NCBI GenBank assembly: GCA_963850905.1
Contig: CAWKMU010000003.1
Span: 3,040,001-3,104,000 of the forward strand
Source of the DNA: an uncultured Gemmatimonadales bacterium
GTDB lineage: Bacteria > Gemmatimonadota > Gemmatimonadetes > Gemmatimonadales > Gemmatimonadaceae
Reading direction: 5' to 3'
DNA: 64,000 bases
This document shows, piece after piece, positions 17,608 through 28,090 of this stretch (position 1 is the first letter of the stretch; each line of letters opens with the position of its first letter). Under the pieces are notes generated by a model that saw only the letters and a list, made by a program, of their open reading frames with translations, ran no database searches and was not told the origin of the DNA. Position numbers and translations under genes: made by a program.

Positions 17608-20600
17608 ATGGGCATTACGTCAGTCGCCGCGGTCCGCCGCGGCGCGCTGGGGCTTGCGCTATTGGCGCTAGCCCCCTTCGCGCGGACCGCGCGCGCGCAG
17701 CAGGAAACGCGGGTCACCGGTCACGTCGTTGATGCGGAGAACAAGCCGGTTCCGGCGGCACAGATCGTCGTGACCGGCACGACAATTGGACAGAACACCT
17801 CGGATAGCGGCACGTTCGCCCTCCGCATACCACCTGACGCGAAGACCTTCACGGTCCGCCGCATCGGCTACCTGGCACGAACCATACCGATCACGGCGGG
17901 CAAGACCGAGTACACTGTGTCGTTGGAGCGCGACGTGCTCCACCTCGAGGCCCAGGTCGTGACGGGTGTCGCGACGAGCCTCGCCTCGGCCAATGCGGCC
18001 AACGCGGTGTCGGTCATCAGCACACAGGAGGTCAACGAGGTTCCCTCGCCCACGATCGAGAACTCGCTCGAAGGGAAGGTGCCGGGCGCAGTGATCGAGA
18101 ACAACAACGGCGGCGCGCCGGGCGGCGGCATTCAGATCCAGGTGCGAGGCATCACGTCCATCAACGGCAACGCCGAGCCCCTGTACGTCGTCGACGGCGT
18201 CATTGTGAACAACCAGACCATCAACGCGGGCGAGAATGCCATCAACAAGTCTGGCGGCGGCCAGACGCAGACCGGAGCGACCTGCACCGGCTGTCCGAGC
18301 ACGGAGGACAACGGCGTCAACCGGATCGCCGACATCAACCCGGATGACATCGCAAGCATCGAGATCCTCAAGGGTGCCTCGGCGTCGGCCATTTACGGGT
18401 CCAAGGCGTCGGCGGGCGTGATCGTCATCACGACGAAGCGCGGCACCACCGGCAAGCCCCGCTGGGAGCTGAACGGGCAGGCCGGCCACTACCAGATCGC
18501 CAACGAGTTCCCGGTCCGCCAGTTCCCGACACTGGCCAGTGCGCAGGCCTGGTACGTCAACGACCTCAAGGGAGGCGCGACCGGTTCGGCGCTGGCAGCG
18601 GACAACGCGTTTATCTCATCCATCTACGTGCCGGGGCAGGACTATCAGCGACAGCTGTTCGGCAACACCGCGGCATCCTATCAGGCCAACCTCGCAGTGA
18701 GCGGCACTTCGGGTGGCACGCAGTACTACGTCTCAGCGCTGTCGAAGTACGACAATGGGTCGGAGCTCAACACGTTCTACAACAAGCAGTCGCTCAACAT
18801 GACCGTGACCCAAACCTTCACGCCGAACCTGACGGTAACGGCCGGCGGGAACTACATCCACGACAACACGCAGCGCGGCATCACCGGCAACGACAACATC
18901 GGGATCAGCCCATACAATGTCTTCTCGTACACACCGCAGATCGAGAACTTCGACCATCCAGGGCCGAGTGGCGCGTGGCCGGTGAACTATTTCGGGACTG
19001 CCAACCCGATCGCCGACGCCGTCGACATCAATACGCCGCAGATCGTGAGCCGGTTCATCGCCCACGGCAGCATCAACTGGACGCCTTGGAGCACCTCGCA
19101 CCAAAGCCTCCAGCTCACGGGCATCGGTGGTGCCGACCTGTCGAGCTTCAGCGCCAACTTCTACGCCCCGCCAACGCTACAGGTCGAGTACCAGGAGCCT
19201 GATGGCCAGCCGGGCACCTCGAGCGCGAACAACGCGACGATCCAGTACATGGACTACTCCCTCAACGCGACGTACCACAACACGGTGCTCTCGTGGCTCG
19301 ACGCAACGACGGCCATCGGCTATGAGCGCGACCGCCGAACGTTGAACAACCCGGAAGTGGTCGGCTACAACCTGCTCTCCGGCGTGAACTCGCCAGAGGC
19401 AGGCACGGTTCTCAACAGCTTCTATAGCCAGTCGGAGCAGTTGGACCAGTCGTTCTACGTTCAAGAGCAGATGCTCGCGCTCAACTCCCGGCTCGCGGTC
19501 ACAGCCGGCCTGACCGGGGAGCGATCGACGGCCGACGGCGACATCAGCAAGTTCTACTACTACCCGCACTACGCGGCGTCGTACCGCGTCCCGCTCCCGC
19601 ATGCCGTGTCGTTCCTGGACGACTTCAAGTTCCGTGCGGCCTATGGACAGGCGGGGAACCTCCCGCTCTACGGGCAGAAATACACGCCGTACAACGCGCA
19701 GTTGCTTGACGGCAGCAACGGCGTGCAGCTCCCCAGCACCCTGGGCGAGGCCAACATCAAGCCGGAGTCGTCGACCGAGACGGAGCTAGGGTTCGACGCC
19801 ACGATGCTCAAGTCGCGCGCGCAGTTCACCTTCACCGTGTATCAGAAGCGGCTGACCAACCTGATCCTCCAGGCAGCGGTCTCGCCGTCGTACGGCTACA
19901 GCCAGACCTACTTGAACGGGGGCGAGTTCACGAATCAGGGCATCGAGATGTCGTTCCTGTCCACGCCCGTCCAGCTGCGGAACGGCTTCAACTGGAACAA
20001 CACACTGACGTTCTCGCGCAACTACAGCGAGGTGAACGCCACTCCGGTCCCCGCGTTCTTTGCCGGCAACGCCTTCGGGTTCGGCTCGGACTTCGTCGCG
20101 CAAGGCCGGTCGCTCACTGACATCGTCGACCCGAACATCAGCAACCCGAACGGCCAGTATCTGCAGGTCGGCGACTTCGCCAACGGCTACTTGATCTCAA
20201 TGGGCAATGAGTTCTCCTGGCACGGCTTCCGGCTCTATGGAATGTTCGACTGGAGCCGTGGCGGCAACACCGTCAACCTGACGGACCTGTATTTCGACAC
20301 CTCAACGCCGTTGGGCTCGCTGAACGCGGTATCAGACTCGGCCGCTTCGGCCAAGCGGCTGGCGTTGCTCGGCGGCGGCGCAGAGCCGTACGTGGAAACG
20401 GCGAGCTTCTTCAAGGTTCGCGAGCTTTCCCTGAGCTACACCCTCCCGGCAAGGTTGGTGGGCTCGGTCCTCACCGGGCGGGTATCGAGCGCACGCCTCT
20501 CGCTGACTGCGTACAATCTGTTCGCGATCTACAACTACCACGGGCTCGACCCCGAGGTCAGTGCTTTTGGGAATCAGGCGATCGGGCGCGGCTACGACGT

Positions 20601-20655
20601 CACTCCTTATCCACCAACCCAAAGCTATTTCCTCGGCCTCGACTTGGTGCTCTGA
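17608..20655 (+). CDS. SusC/RagA-family TonB-dependent receptor 1
   Basis: GAGGGGG RBS; signal peptide; carboxypeptidase-regulatory-like N domain; PLYVVDGV, DINPDDIASIEILKGASASAIYGS; GLDPEVS, YPPTQS. Confidence 0.93.
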   Translation: MGITSVAAVRRGALGLALLALAPFARTARAQQETRVTGHVVDAENKPVPAAQIVVTGTTIGQNTSDSGTFALRIPPDAKTFTVRRIGYLARTIPITAGKTEYTVSLERDVLHLEAQVVTGVATSLASANAANAVSVISTQEVNEVPSPTIENSLEGKVPGAVIENNNGGAPGGGIQIQVRGITSINGNAEPLYVVDGVIVNNQTINAGENAINKSGGGQTQTGATCTGCPSTEDNGVNRIADINPDDIASIEILKGASASAIYGSKASAGVIVITTKRGTTGKPRWELNGQAGHYQIANEFPVRQFPTLASAQAWYVNDLKGGATGSALAADNAFISSIYVPGQDYQRQLFGNTAASYQANLAVSGTSGGTQYYVSALSKYDNGSELNTFYNKQSLNMTVTQTFTPNLTVTAGGNYIHDNTQRGITGNDNIGISPYNVFSYTPQIENFDHPGPSGAWPVNYFGTANPIADAVDINTPQIVSRFIAHGSINWTPWSTSHQSLQLTGIGGADLSSFSANFYAPPTLQVEYQEPDGQPGTSSANNATIQYMDYSLNATYHNTVLSWLDATTAIGYERDRRTLNNPEVVGYNLLSGVNSPEAGTVLNSFYSQSEQLDQSFYVQEQMLALNSRLAVTAGLTGERSTADGDISKFYYYPHYAASYRVPLPHAVSFLDDFKFRAAYGQAGNLPLYGQKYTPYNAQLLDGSNGVQLPSTLGEANIKPESSTETELGFDATMLKSRAQFTFTVYQKRLTNLILQAAVSPSYGYSQTYLNGGEFTNQGIEMSFLSTPVQLRNGFNWNNTLTFSRNYSEVNATPVPAFFAGNAFGFGSDFVAQGRSLTDIVDPNISNPNGQYLQVGDFANGYLISMGNEFSWHGFRLYGMFDWSRGGNTVNLTDLYFDTSTPLGSLNAVSDSAASAKRLALLGGGAEPYVETASFFKVRELSLSYTLPARLVGSVLTGRVSSARLSLTAYNLFAIYNYHGLDPEVSAFGNQAIGRGYDVTPYPPTQSYFLGLDLVL

Positions 20656-20656
20656 C

Positions 20657-22261
20657 ATGCCATTCACATTGACCAATCCATCAAGCGCTCAATGGGCGCG
20701 CGTGCCGCGTGCCGCGGTGCTCGCCACTGGCGCGATTGCCGTCTTGGCAGCGTGCTCGGACAGCAACGTCCCCTTCTTCACGGAGCCGACGACCGTTGCG
20801 GAGACCCCGTCGGGAATTCAGAACGGGATCACCGGCATCTTTGGCGCAATGCGCGGCGACGCCGGCACGTACCTCTTTGATATTTCGGTGGGCTTCGCTC
20901 GTGACGGCTCAGTATTCACCAACACCGAGCCGCGCACGGTCCTCTATCCTCTCGGTGTGCAATTCATTCCCAACACGAGCGGCGGCATCTGGGCGGTGGA
21001 GTTCCAGAACATCCGGCAGGAGGAAGAGATCCTCGCCGCTATCCCCGGCGTCGTACCAGCATATACGGCGGCACAGGCTGCCTCGCTCACTGGCATCGTC
21101 CAGACCATGAAGGCGTACGCGTACATGATCCTGCTCCAGGCGCACGACACGCTGGGCGTCGCCATTCTGGCGTCCGCCAATCAGTCGACCCTGCCCGAGG
21201 CGGTCTGCATGAGGGACGGGTGGAAGTACGTCATTGCCCTCCTCGACTCGGCCAATACCGACCTCGTGACCGCGGGAGCGACCGCGCCCCCGGTCACCCT
21301 GCCCAGTGGATTCCAGGGCGTCGGGACATTGTCAGGGCCAGGATCGGTCACCGGATCCTTCGCTTCGTTCAACCGGGCAATGACTGTCAAGGCGCTGTTG
21401 CAGCTCGCCTATGCCATTCCACGGAACCCGCCCGCCAAAGGTGCTCCGACTCCGACGGATCCGGGCTCGCCCGACCAACCGACGCTGGCGCGCGCACTCT
21501 CGCTCTTGGACTCGACGGCAATGTTCAATGCCTCGGGCGCGCTGCTGGCGCCGCCGGCGCCGGGCGGATTCACGCCCAGTGCCAGTGACGTGACATGGGA
21601 CTTCAGCGGCGTGGCGAACGACGTCCCCAACCCCGTCGATCAGGACATCGGCGAAGAGGCCGTACTGAACGATTTGGTGACGTCAGTCGACACGGTCAAC
21701 GACCTGCGTTGGAAGGCGAAGTTCATCATCAATACCGTCCCGGTGCAGCAGCAGACGTACAATCCTGTTGCGACCGAGACGCACTTCGACGCCGCGATCG
21801 GCCACGATACGACGTACAGCTGGTTGTACTTCATGTACCCAACGCTGGGGTCGCCGATCCCGATCATACGCGGTGAAGGCATGACGCTAATCGCCGCGCA
21901 GGTCCATCTCGGGATGGGTGACTACGCAGGCGCGCTGGGGCTTGTGAACCAGGTGCGAACCACTGTCGGAGGATTGGCAGCCTATCCGGCAGGCGACGCG
22001 GGCTCGTACGTCACGACCCGCGACGATCTCATGCGAGAACAGCGCATCTCGCTCACATGGGAAGGGGGCGGCGACCGGACGATCGCGATCCGGATGTACG
22101 GGCTTGCGGCGGTCGCCGATACCACTTGGGGCACTCCCGGCCACGCTGGTGAGGCGTCGGGCGTGACGTCAGGCGATCTCCACACGACGGTCCTTCCGAT
22201 TCCGTCAGGAGAACTCAACGGACGCGGAGAGACATCGGTACTCCAGACGACGTGTCAGTAG
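20657..22261 (+). CDS. SusD/RagB-like surface lipoprotein 1
   Basis: Starts 1 nt after susC; lipobox LAAC; PIPIIRGE, ALGLVNQVR, LMREQRISLTWEGG, LPIPSGE motifs. Confidence 0.85.
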   Translation: MPFTLTNPSSAQWARVPRAAVLATGAIAVLAACSDSNVPFFTEPTTVAETPSGIQNGITGIFGAMRGDAGTYLFDISVGFARDGSVFTNTEPRTVLYPLGVQFIPNTSGGIWAVEFQNIRQEEEILAAIPGVVPAYTAAQAASLTGIVQTMKAYAYMILLQAHDTLGVAILASANQSTLPEAVCMRDGWKYVIALLDSANTDLVTAGATAPPVTLPSGFQGVGTLSGPGSVTGSFASFNRAMTVKALLQLAYAIPRNPPAKGAPTPTDPGSPDQPTLARALSLLDSTAMFNASGALLAPPAPGGFTPSASDVTWDFSGVANDVPNPVDQDIGEEAVLNDLVTSVDTVNDLRWKAKFIINTVPVQQQTYNPVATETHFDAAIGHDTTYSWLYFMYPTLGSPIPIIRGEGMTLIAAQVHLGMGDYAGALGLVNQVRTTVGGLAAYPAGDAGSYVTTRDDLMREQRISLTWEGGGDRTIAIRMYGLAAVADTTWGTPGHAGEASGVTSGDLHTTVLPIPSGELNGRGETSVLQTTCQ

Positions 22262-22414
22262 CGCTGCAGGGCTGAGGCGGCGGGTCCCGAGTCCGCTCGC
22301 GGGTCTCGCACGCAGCAGGTTCAACGGATGTGACGGACCATGCGTGACCACGTAGCAATTAGTGTTGCGCGTGTGACGAATCAGGGGATGTAGTACCAGT
22401 CCCGACTGCAAACA

Positions 22415-22460
22415 CAGAAGGGCTCGGTGGCTCGTAAGAGCTGTCGAGCCCTTCTGCTTT
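22415..22460 (+). terminator. Terminator-like hairpin after susD-1
   Basis: CAGAAGGGCTCGGTGGCTC-GTAA-GAGCTGTCGAGCCCTTCTG then CTTT; GNRA loop. Confidence 0.7.
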
Positions 22461-22697
22461 GCAAGTCTTTTGACGCGTGTTGGCCCAACGGCCGACTTGC
22501 CCAGTTGAACTGCACATCGCTAATAAAAACCAACGAGGCGTATCAGCCGCTCGCGACCCGCGAGCGCTCTGAGTTGTTGTGAGCACGCCCGATCCCCACG
22601 ATGCACGACGGAGGCTCGCAGATGCTGGCACCGCACGTCCCGTTGGGAACGCTGTGTGACCGAGAGAATGATCCACCTTTACACGAGAGGCGGGTTC

Positions 22698-25600
22698 ATG
22701 AGCAATCCGTTTGTCAGGGCAGGGCATTGCGGTCAGCTAGTCATGGCGCTCGGTACAGTAGCGGTTCTTGTCTCGACCGCTGGAGCGCAGCAGGAGAATC
22801 GCATCACGGGGCGAGTCACTGATGCCACTGACCATGTAGCAATCCCCGCAGCCCAAATCCTCATCGTCGGCACCACGCTTGGCGGCACGACGTCGGACAG
22901 CGGCACGTTCACGTTGCGCGTGCCGACCGACGCCAAGGCCATGAGCGTGCGTCGCATCGGGTACCTGGCGCAAACAGTCACCATCACGCCAGGCAAGAGC
23001 AGCTATCAGATCGCGCTCGAGAAAGATGTCCTACGGCTCGAAACGCAGGTCGTAACCGGCCTGTCAACGACGGTCGCCTCCCAGAACGCCGCCAATGCGG
23101 TGTCCGTGGTGACAACCCAGTCGGTCAACCAGGTTCCCGCACCGACCCTCGAGAACTCGCTCGAAGGCAAAATCCCCGGCGCAGTCATCGAGTCGAACAA
23201 CGGCGGCGCCCCCGGCGGCGGTCTGCAGATGCAGATCCGTGGCGTGACGTCGATCAACGGCAACAGCAATCCGCTGTACGTCATCGACGGCGTGATCCTG
23301 GACAACAACACCGTCAACTCGGATCTCAACGCGATCAACCAGTCGGGTGGTGGGTTGTCGCCGACCGGCCAACAGAATGTCGCCGGCGCGCCGAGTCCGC
23401 AAGACAACGATCCCAACCGGATTGCGGATCTCAATCCCGATGACGTCGAGTCGATCGAGGTCCTGAAGGGCGCGTCCGCGTCCGCCATTTATGGCTCCAG
23501 GGCGTCAGCCGGCGTGGTCGTCATTACGACGAAGAAAGGGTCCACCGGAGCGCCCAAGTGGAGTTTGGACGCGCAGGTTGGCCACTTCTCGATGATGAAC
23601 AGCTATCCCGTGCGGACCTTCCCGACGCTGTCCAGCGCCCAGGCGTGGTATAACAATGACGTCGCGCATGCCACGACACCGTCGGCCATCGCCGCAGGGA
23701 ATTCGCTCGTCAGCGGCATCTACGCTGGCGACTTGAACCCGCAATTCGGACTCTTTGGGAACAGCACGCTGTCGAACCAATTCAACATCAGCGTGAGCGG
23801 CGCATCCGGCCCGACGCAGTACTACCTGTCGGCGCTATCGAAGTACGACAATGGCATCGAGCTGAACACGTATTACAAGAAGCAAGGGATCCGTGCCAAC
23901 CTCACCGAGCAGTTCATGCCCTCGCTCAGTGTCACGGCCAACCTCCAGTACGTGCACGACATCACGCAGCGCGGCGTGACGGGCAATGACAACATCGGCA
24001 TCAGTCCGTACAACGTGTTCTCGTACACACCGTCGTTCGTGAATCTCAACACCAAGAGCGCGGCGGGAGTCTGGGCGGTGAATCCGTTCGGGCCAGCGAA
24101 CCCCTTCGCGGATGCGGAGGATATCCAGACACCTCAGGACGTGAGCCGGTTCATCGGCGGCGGGTCTGTCAACTGGACGCCGTACCACTCGGCCGACAAC
24201 CGGGTGTCGATCTCGCTGCTCGGTGGCGCCGACCTGGCCAGCCTGTCCGATCTGCTCTATGCCCCTCCCCAGCTCCAGGTCGAGCAACAGATTGCCAGCG
24301 GCCTGCCGGGCACCTCGGTCTCCAACACGTCGCAGCTCAATTTTGCGAATGCGTCCCTCAATGCCGCGTGGGAATTCACCGGGTTGAAACCGGTGGACCT
24401 CACGACGTCCATCGGCGTGGCGAGCGATCGAACACAGACCTCCAACCCCGTTGCGGTCGGTTACAACCTCCTCTCTGGCGTGAATGCGCCGACCGCTGGC
24501 ACGGTTCAGCAAAACTTCTTCTACAAGACACAGGTCAACGACCAATCGTTCTACGGTCAGGAACAGGTGCTGGCCCTGGACAGTCGGCTCAACGTGACGG
24601 TCGGAGTGACCGCCGAGCGCTCGAGTGTCAACGGGGACGTCAGCCAGTTCTTTTACTACCCGCACTACGCAGCCTCGTACCGCATTCACCAGAACTTTGC
24701 GTCGTTCATCGACGAGATCAAACTGCGCGCGGCGTACGGTCAATCGGGCAACCTCGCGCCGTATGGGACCAAATACACGCCGTACAATCCCGCCCAGATC
24801 GACGGGAGCAGCGCGATCGAAGCCAACCAGCAGGTCGGAGACCCGAACCTCAAGCCCGAAACGGCGCAGGAAACCGAGTTCGGCATGGACATGACGTTCT
24901 TCAAGTCGCGCGCGCAATTCTCGGCCACGGTGTACCAGAAGCGGCTGACGAACCTGCTCCTGCAGGCCGGCGTCGCGCCGTCGCTCGGCTACTCCTTCCT
25001 CTACGAGAACGGCGGCGAATTCACTAACCAGGGGATCGAGTTGCAGCTGCAAGCGACGCCGCTGCAACTGCAAAACGGATTCACCTGGGCGGCCAACGTC
25101 AGCTACTTCCGGAACTACTCCACCGTGAACTCGTTGCCGGTACCGAACTTCAACGCGGGAGGGACCGAAGGCTTCGGCGTCGGACTATCTCGCACCGGGT
25201 CGCTCCCTGACCAATCTGTCAAACCCCAACGACGTCTTGCCGAATGGATACCCGAATCAGGTCGGAGACTTCGCTCCCGGCTGGTCGCTGTCCTTCGGCA
25301 ACGATTTCACCTGGCACGGTTTCCGTGTCTTCGGGTTGGTCGACTGGAGCGTTGGCGCGTATGCCATCAACCTGACTGACCTGTACTTCGACTCGGGCCG
25401 GAACCTCTACGCGGACTCCGCGTTGAGCGCCAACCGCCTCGCGGCGTTCGGCGCAGGCAACCAGACCGAGTACACCCAGGGTGCATCGTTCTTCAAGGTG
25501 CGTGAGCTGGTGATCAGCTACAACCTGCCGGCGAAGTGGATCAACGGCCTCTGGAACAGATTCGCGAGCGCTCGCATCTCACTCACCGGATACAACCTCT

Positions 25601-25734
25601 GGGGCATCTGGCACTACGATGGCCTCGACCCAGAGGTCACCGCCTTGGGCGCTCAGAACCTCACTCGCGGTGTCGATATCACACCATATCCGCCAGCACG
25701 CAGCTATTTCCTCGGCCTGAATCTCGGGTTCTGA
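22698..25734 (+). CDS. SusC/RagA-family TonB-dependent receptor 2 (apparent +1 frameshift at ~25179)
   Basis: Close paralog of susC-1; removing one G at 25179 restores GFGSDYLAPGRSL (cf. GFGSDFVAQGRSL) and joins ORFs 22656..25379 and 25237..25734; ends GLNLGF. Confidence 0.9.
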
Positions 25735-25735
25735 C

Positions 25736-27319
25736 ATGACACTCATATATCGACCATCAAATGGCAGTACGCGCCCCGAGGCGTCAGGACGTGTGCTGCT
25801 GGCGGTGGCTGCGGCGCTCACGATGGGCACCGTGGCCTGTTCGGAGGGGAACGTCCCGTTCTTTACGGCTCCGACGTCGGTGCCGTCCTCGGTCTCGGGG
25901 TTGCAGAACGCAGTCAGCGGCCTCTTCGCTGCGTCCCGCAACGATCTCGGAGCATTCCAAGGCATCGAGTTCAACACAGTCGCAGGCTACGCTCGCGATG
26001 GCGCGGTCTTTACTAACACGGAGCCGCGCTTCACCACCTACCCGTTGGGGGTCAACGCCATTCCCAACACGTCTGGGACGGTGTGGGCGCAGGAATACCA
26101 GAACATCACGCAGGCGCAACAGATCTTCGCCGCGTTACCAACGATCTCGACGCTGATCACGACGGCCGAAGCGACATCGATCACCGGGGTCGTGCAAACA
26201 CTACAGGCATACAACTACATGCTCATCGCCGAGGCGCACGATACGTTGGGCCTTGCGATCTTGCCCGCCGGGCTCACCGGCACCACGGCACCAGCGGCGG
26301 TATGCGACAAGAACGCGTGGCAGTACATCGTCGCGCTCCTCGACTCCGCCGAGGCTCAGCTCGTGAAGGCGGCCTCAACGATCGGCCCGATCAAGGTGCC
26401 GACCGGCTTCGCAGCGGTGTACACGACGTCCGGCCCCCCGGGAACGCTCGGGTCGTTCGCGTCGTTCAACCGCGTCCTCGCCGCCAAGGCGAATCTCGAG
26501 TTGGCGTATGCAATTGCCCGAGGTACCCCGGGCACCGCGCCCAACCCAACGAGCCTTGGTGCGCCGAACGTGGCGGCGCTGAACCAGGCGCTCACGGATT
26601 TGACCTCGTCGGCAATGTACAACCCGTCGGCGCTCGCCCCAACGCCGTCGGGCCAATTCGTGCCCGGTACATATGTCGTCACTCACGACTTCAGCACGCA
26701 GTCGCAGGACCTCGTCAATCCCGTGCAGTCACAGATTGGCACGGAGGCGCAACTCAACGATTTCGTGGCTGATGTTGACACCGTCAACGACCAACGGTGG
26801 CACGCGAAGTTCATCGTCAACCCCAACCCGGTCCAGCAGCCGCTCTACAACTCAGTGGCTTCCAAATATCTGTACAACATGTTCTCCAACCCCTCGTCCC
26901 CGATCCCAATCGTGCGGGAGGACCAGTTGGTCATCTGGCACGGCGAGATCGAGCTTGGACTGGGGAACAACGCTGCGGCGCTTGCGGATGCGAATCTGCT
27001 TCGCGAAGTAACGGGCAGTTGCGGAGCGGCCTGTCCCACGGGCGAAAAGGCCCTTACGCCGTATCCCGCGTCGGACGCGTCGAGTTATGAGACGACCCGC
27101 AACGATCTCATGGCGGAAACGCGCATCTCGACGACGTGGGAATCGAGTGCCGACCGCACGATCGAGATCCGCAACTATGGCATGCAAGCTGTCTCCGACA
27201 CCACGTGGGAGCACGAGAATCCCAACGTGACGACTGGAGATCTGCACACGACGGTGACCCCGGTCCCACAGGCGGAGATCAACGGCCGCGGCGGGACCTA
27301 CGCCACGACCTGTCAGTAA
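25736..27319 (+). CDS. SusD/RagB-like surface lipoprotein 2
   Basis: Lipobox TVAC; paralog of susD-1 (NVPFFT, FTNTEPR, GSFASFNR, GDLHTTV, C-terminal TTCQ). Confidence 0.85.
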   Translation: MTLIYRPSNGSTRPEASGRVLLAVAAALTMGTVACSEGNVPFFTAPTSVPSSVSGLQNAVSGLFAASRNDLGAFQGIEFNTVAGYARDGAVFTNTEPRFTTYPLGVNAIPNTSGTVWAQEYQNITQAQQIFAALPTISTLITTAEATSITGVVQTLQAYNYMLIAEAHDTLGLAILPAGLTGTTAPAAVCDKNAWQYIVALLDSAEAQLVKAASTIGPIKVPTGFAAVYTTSGPPGTLGSFASFNRVLAAKANLELAYAIARGTPGTAPNPTSLGAPNVAALNQALTDLTSSAMYNPSALAPTPSGQFVPGTYVVTHDFSTQSQDLVNPVQSQIGTEAQLNDFVADVDTVNDQRWHAKFIVNPNPVQQPLYNSVASKYLYNMFSNPSSPIPIVREDQLVIWHGEIELGLGNNAAALADANLLREVTGSCGAACPTGEKALTPYPASDASSYETTRNDLMAETRISTTWESSADRTIEIRNYGMQAVSDTTWEHENPNVTTGDLHTTVTPVPQAEINGRGGTYATTCQ

Positions 27320-27355
27320 CGACCACTCGCGGACAGTCGAAGCAGCAGGCTGGTC

Positions 27356-27393
27356 AGAGGGCTCGGTGACTCGAAAGGGTCGCCGAGCCCTCT
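27356..27393 (+). terminator. Terminator-like hairpin after susD-2, homologous to 22415-22456
   Basis: AGAGGGCTCGGTGACTC-GAAA-GGGTCGCCGAGCCCTCT. Confidence 0.65.
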
Positions 27394-27463
27394 AACCATC
27401 TACGCTGCGCTTGACCATTTTCCTGCATAGATCTAGCATAACGGCACACGGAGGTTCCAAACT

Positions 27464-28090
27464 ATGCAGGCACTCGGGGAGGCTGCGGCGAAGGCCGAAG
27501 CGCCCAGTCTCGCGCGTCTACGACCCTGGTCGGCGTCTGCCACGGCAGCCCGTACCCTCGGAGTGGTGGGAATGCTCGCACTCCTGGGCGCGCGACCAGT
27601 GACGCCTTCGCCGTCGGTGCGCGAGACCGCGCCCTCGGCCTGCTCCGCCGTCGATGGGCTGCTGCGCCCCGCACTCTACGAAATTCCGCTGCTGCCCGAT
27701 CAGGGGATGTCGGGAACCGGACTCGCGACGCTGGTGCCCGCGCCATCGCCATTTGGCATAACGGTGACGCCGGATGGACATCCAATTTTCGACGTCACCG
27801 TGACGGTCCAGAATCTCGCACCGCCGCAATCGAATGGTGGGACGCAGTACGTCGCGTGGGCGACGACCCAGGACCTCACGGACGCGGACCGGATCGGTGT
27901 CATCGGCCACGATCAGAAGGCCGTGGGCAAGGTCGCCTGGAACAAGTACATCGTCCTCGTTACCGCTGAAGGGGCGACGGTCCCTGCGCATTGGAAGGGC
28001 ACCGTCGTGCTGCGCGGATTCTCCCCGGCCACGTATTTGACCAACTACGCGAGTCACCCACTCTTCCTCGGTGGGATGCCGCCGTGCTGA
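27464..28090 (+). CDS. Hypothetical exported protein coupled to multicopper oxidase
   Basis: GGAGG RBS; hydrophobic N segment; SPFGITVTPDG, YVAWATT, VLVTAE; overlaps MCO start. Confidence 0.7.
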   Translation: MQALGEAAAKAEAPSLARLRPWSASATAARTLGVVGMLALLGARPVTPSPSVRETAPSACSAVDGLLRPALYEIPLLPDQGMSGTGLATLVPAPSPFGITVTPDGHPIFDVTVTVQNLAPPQSNGGTQYVAWATTQDLTDADRIGVIGHDQKAVGKVAWNKYIVLVTAEGATVPAHWKGTVVLRGFSPATYLTNYASHPLFLGGMPPC

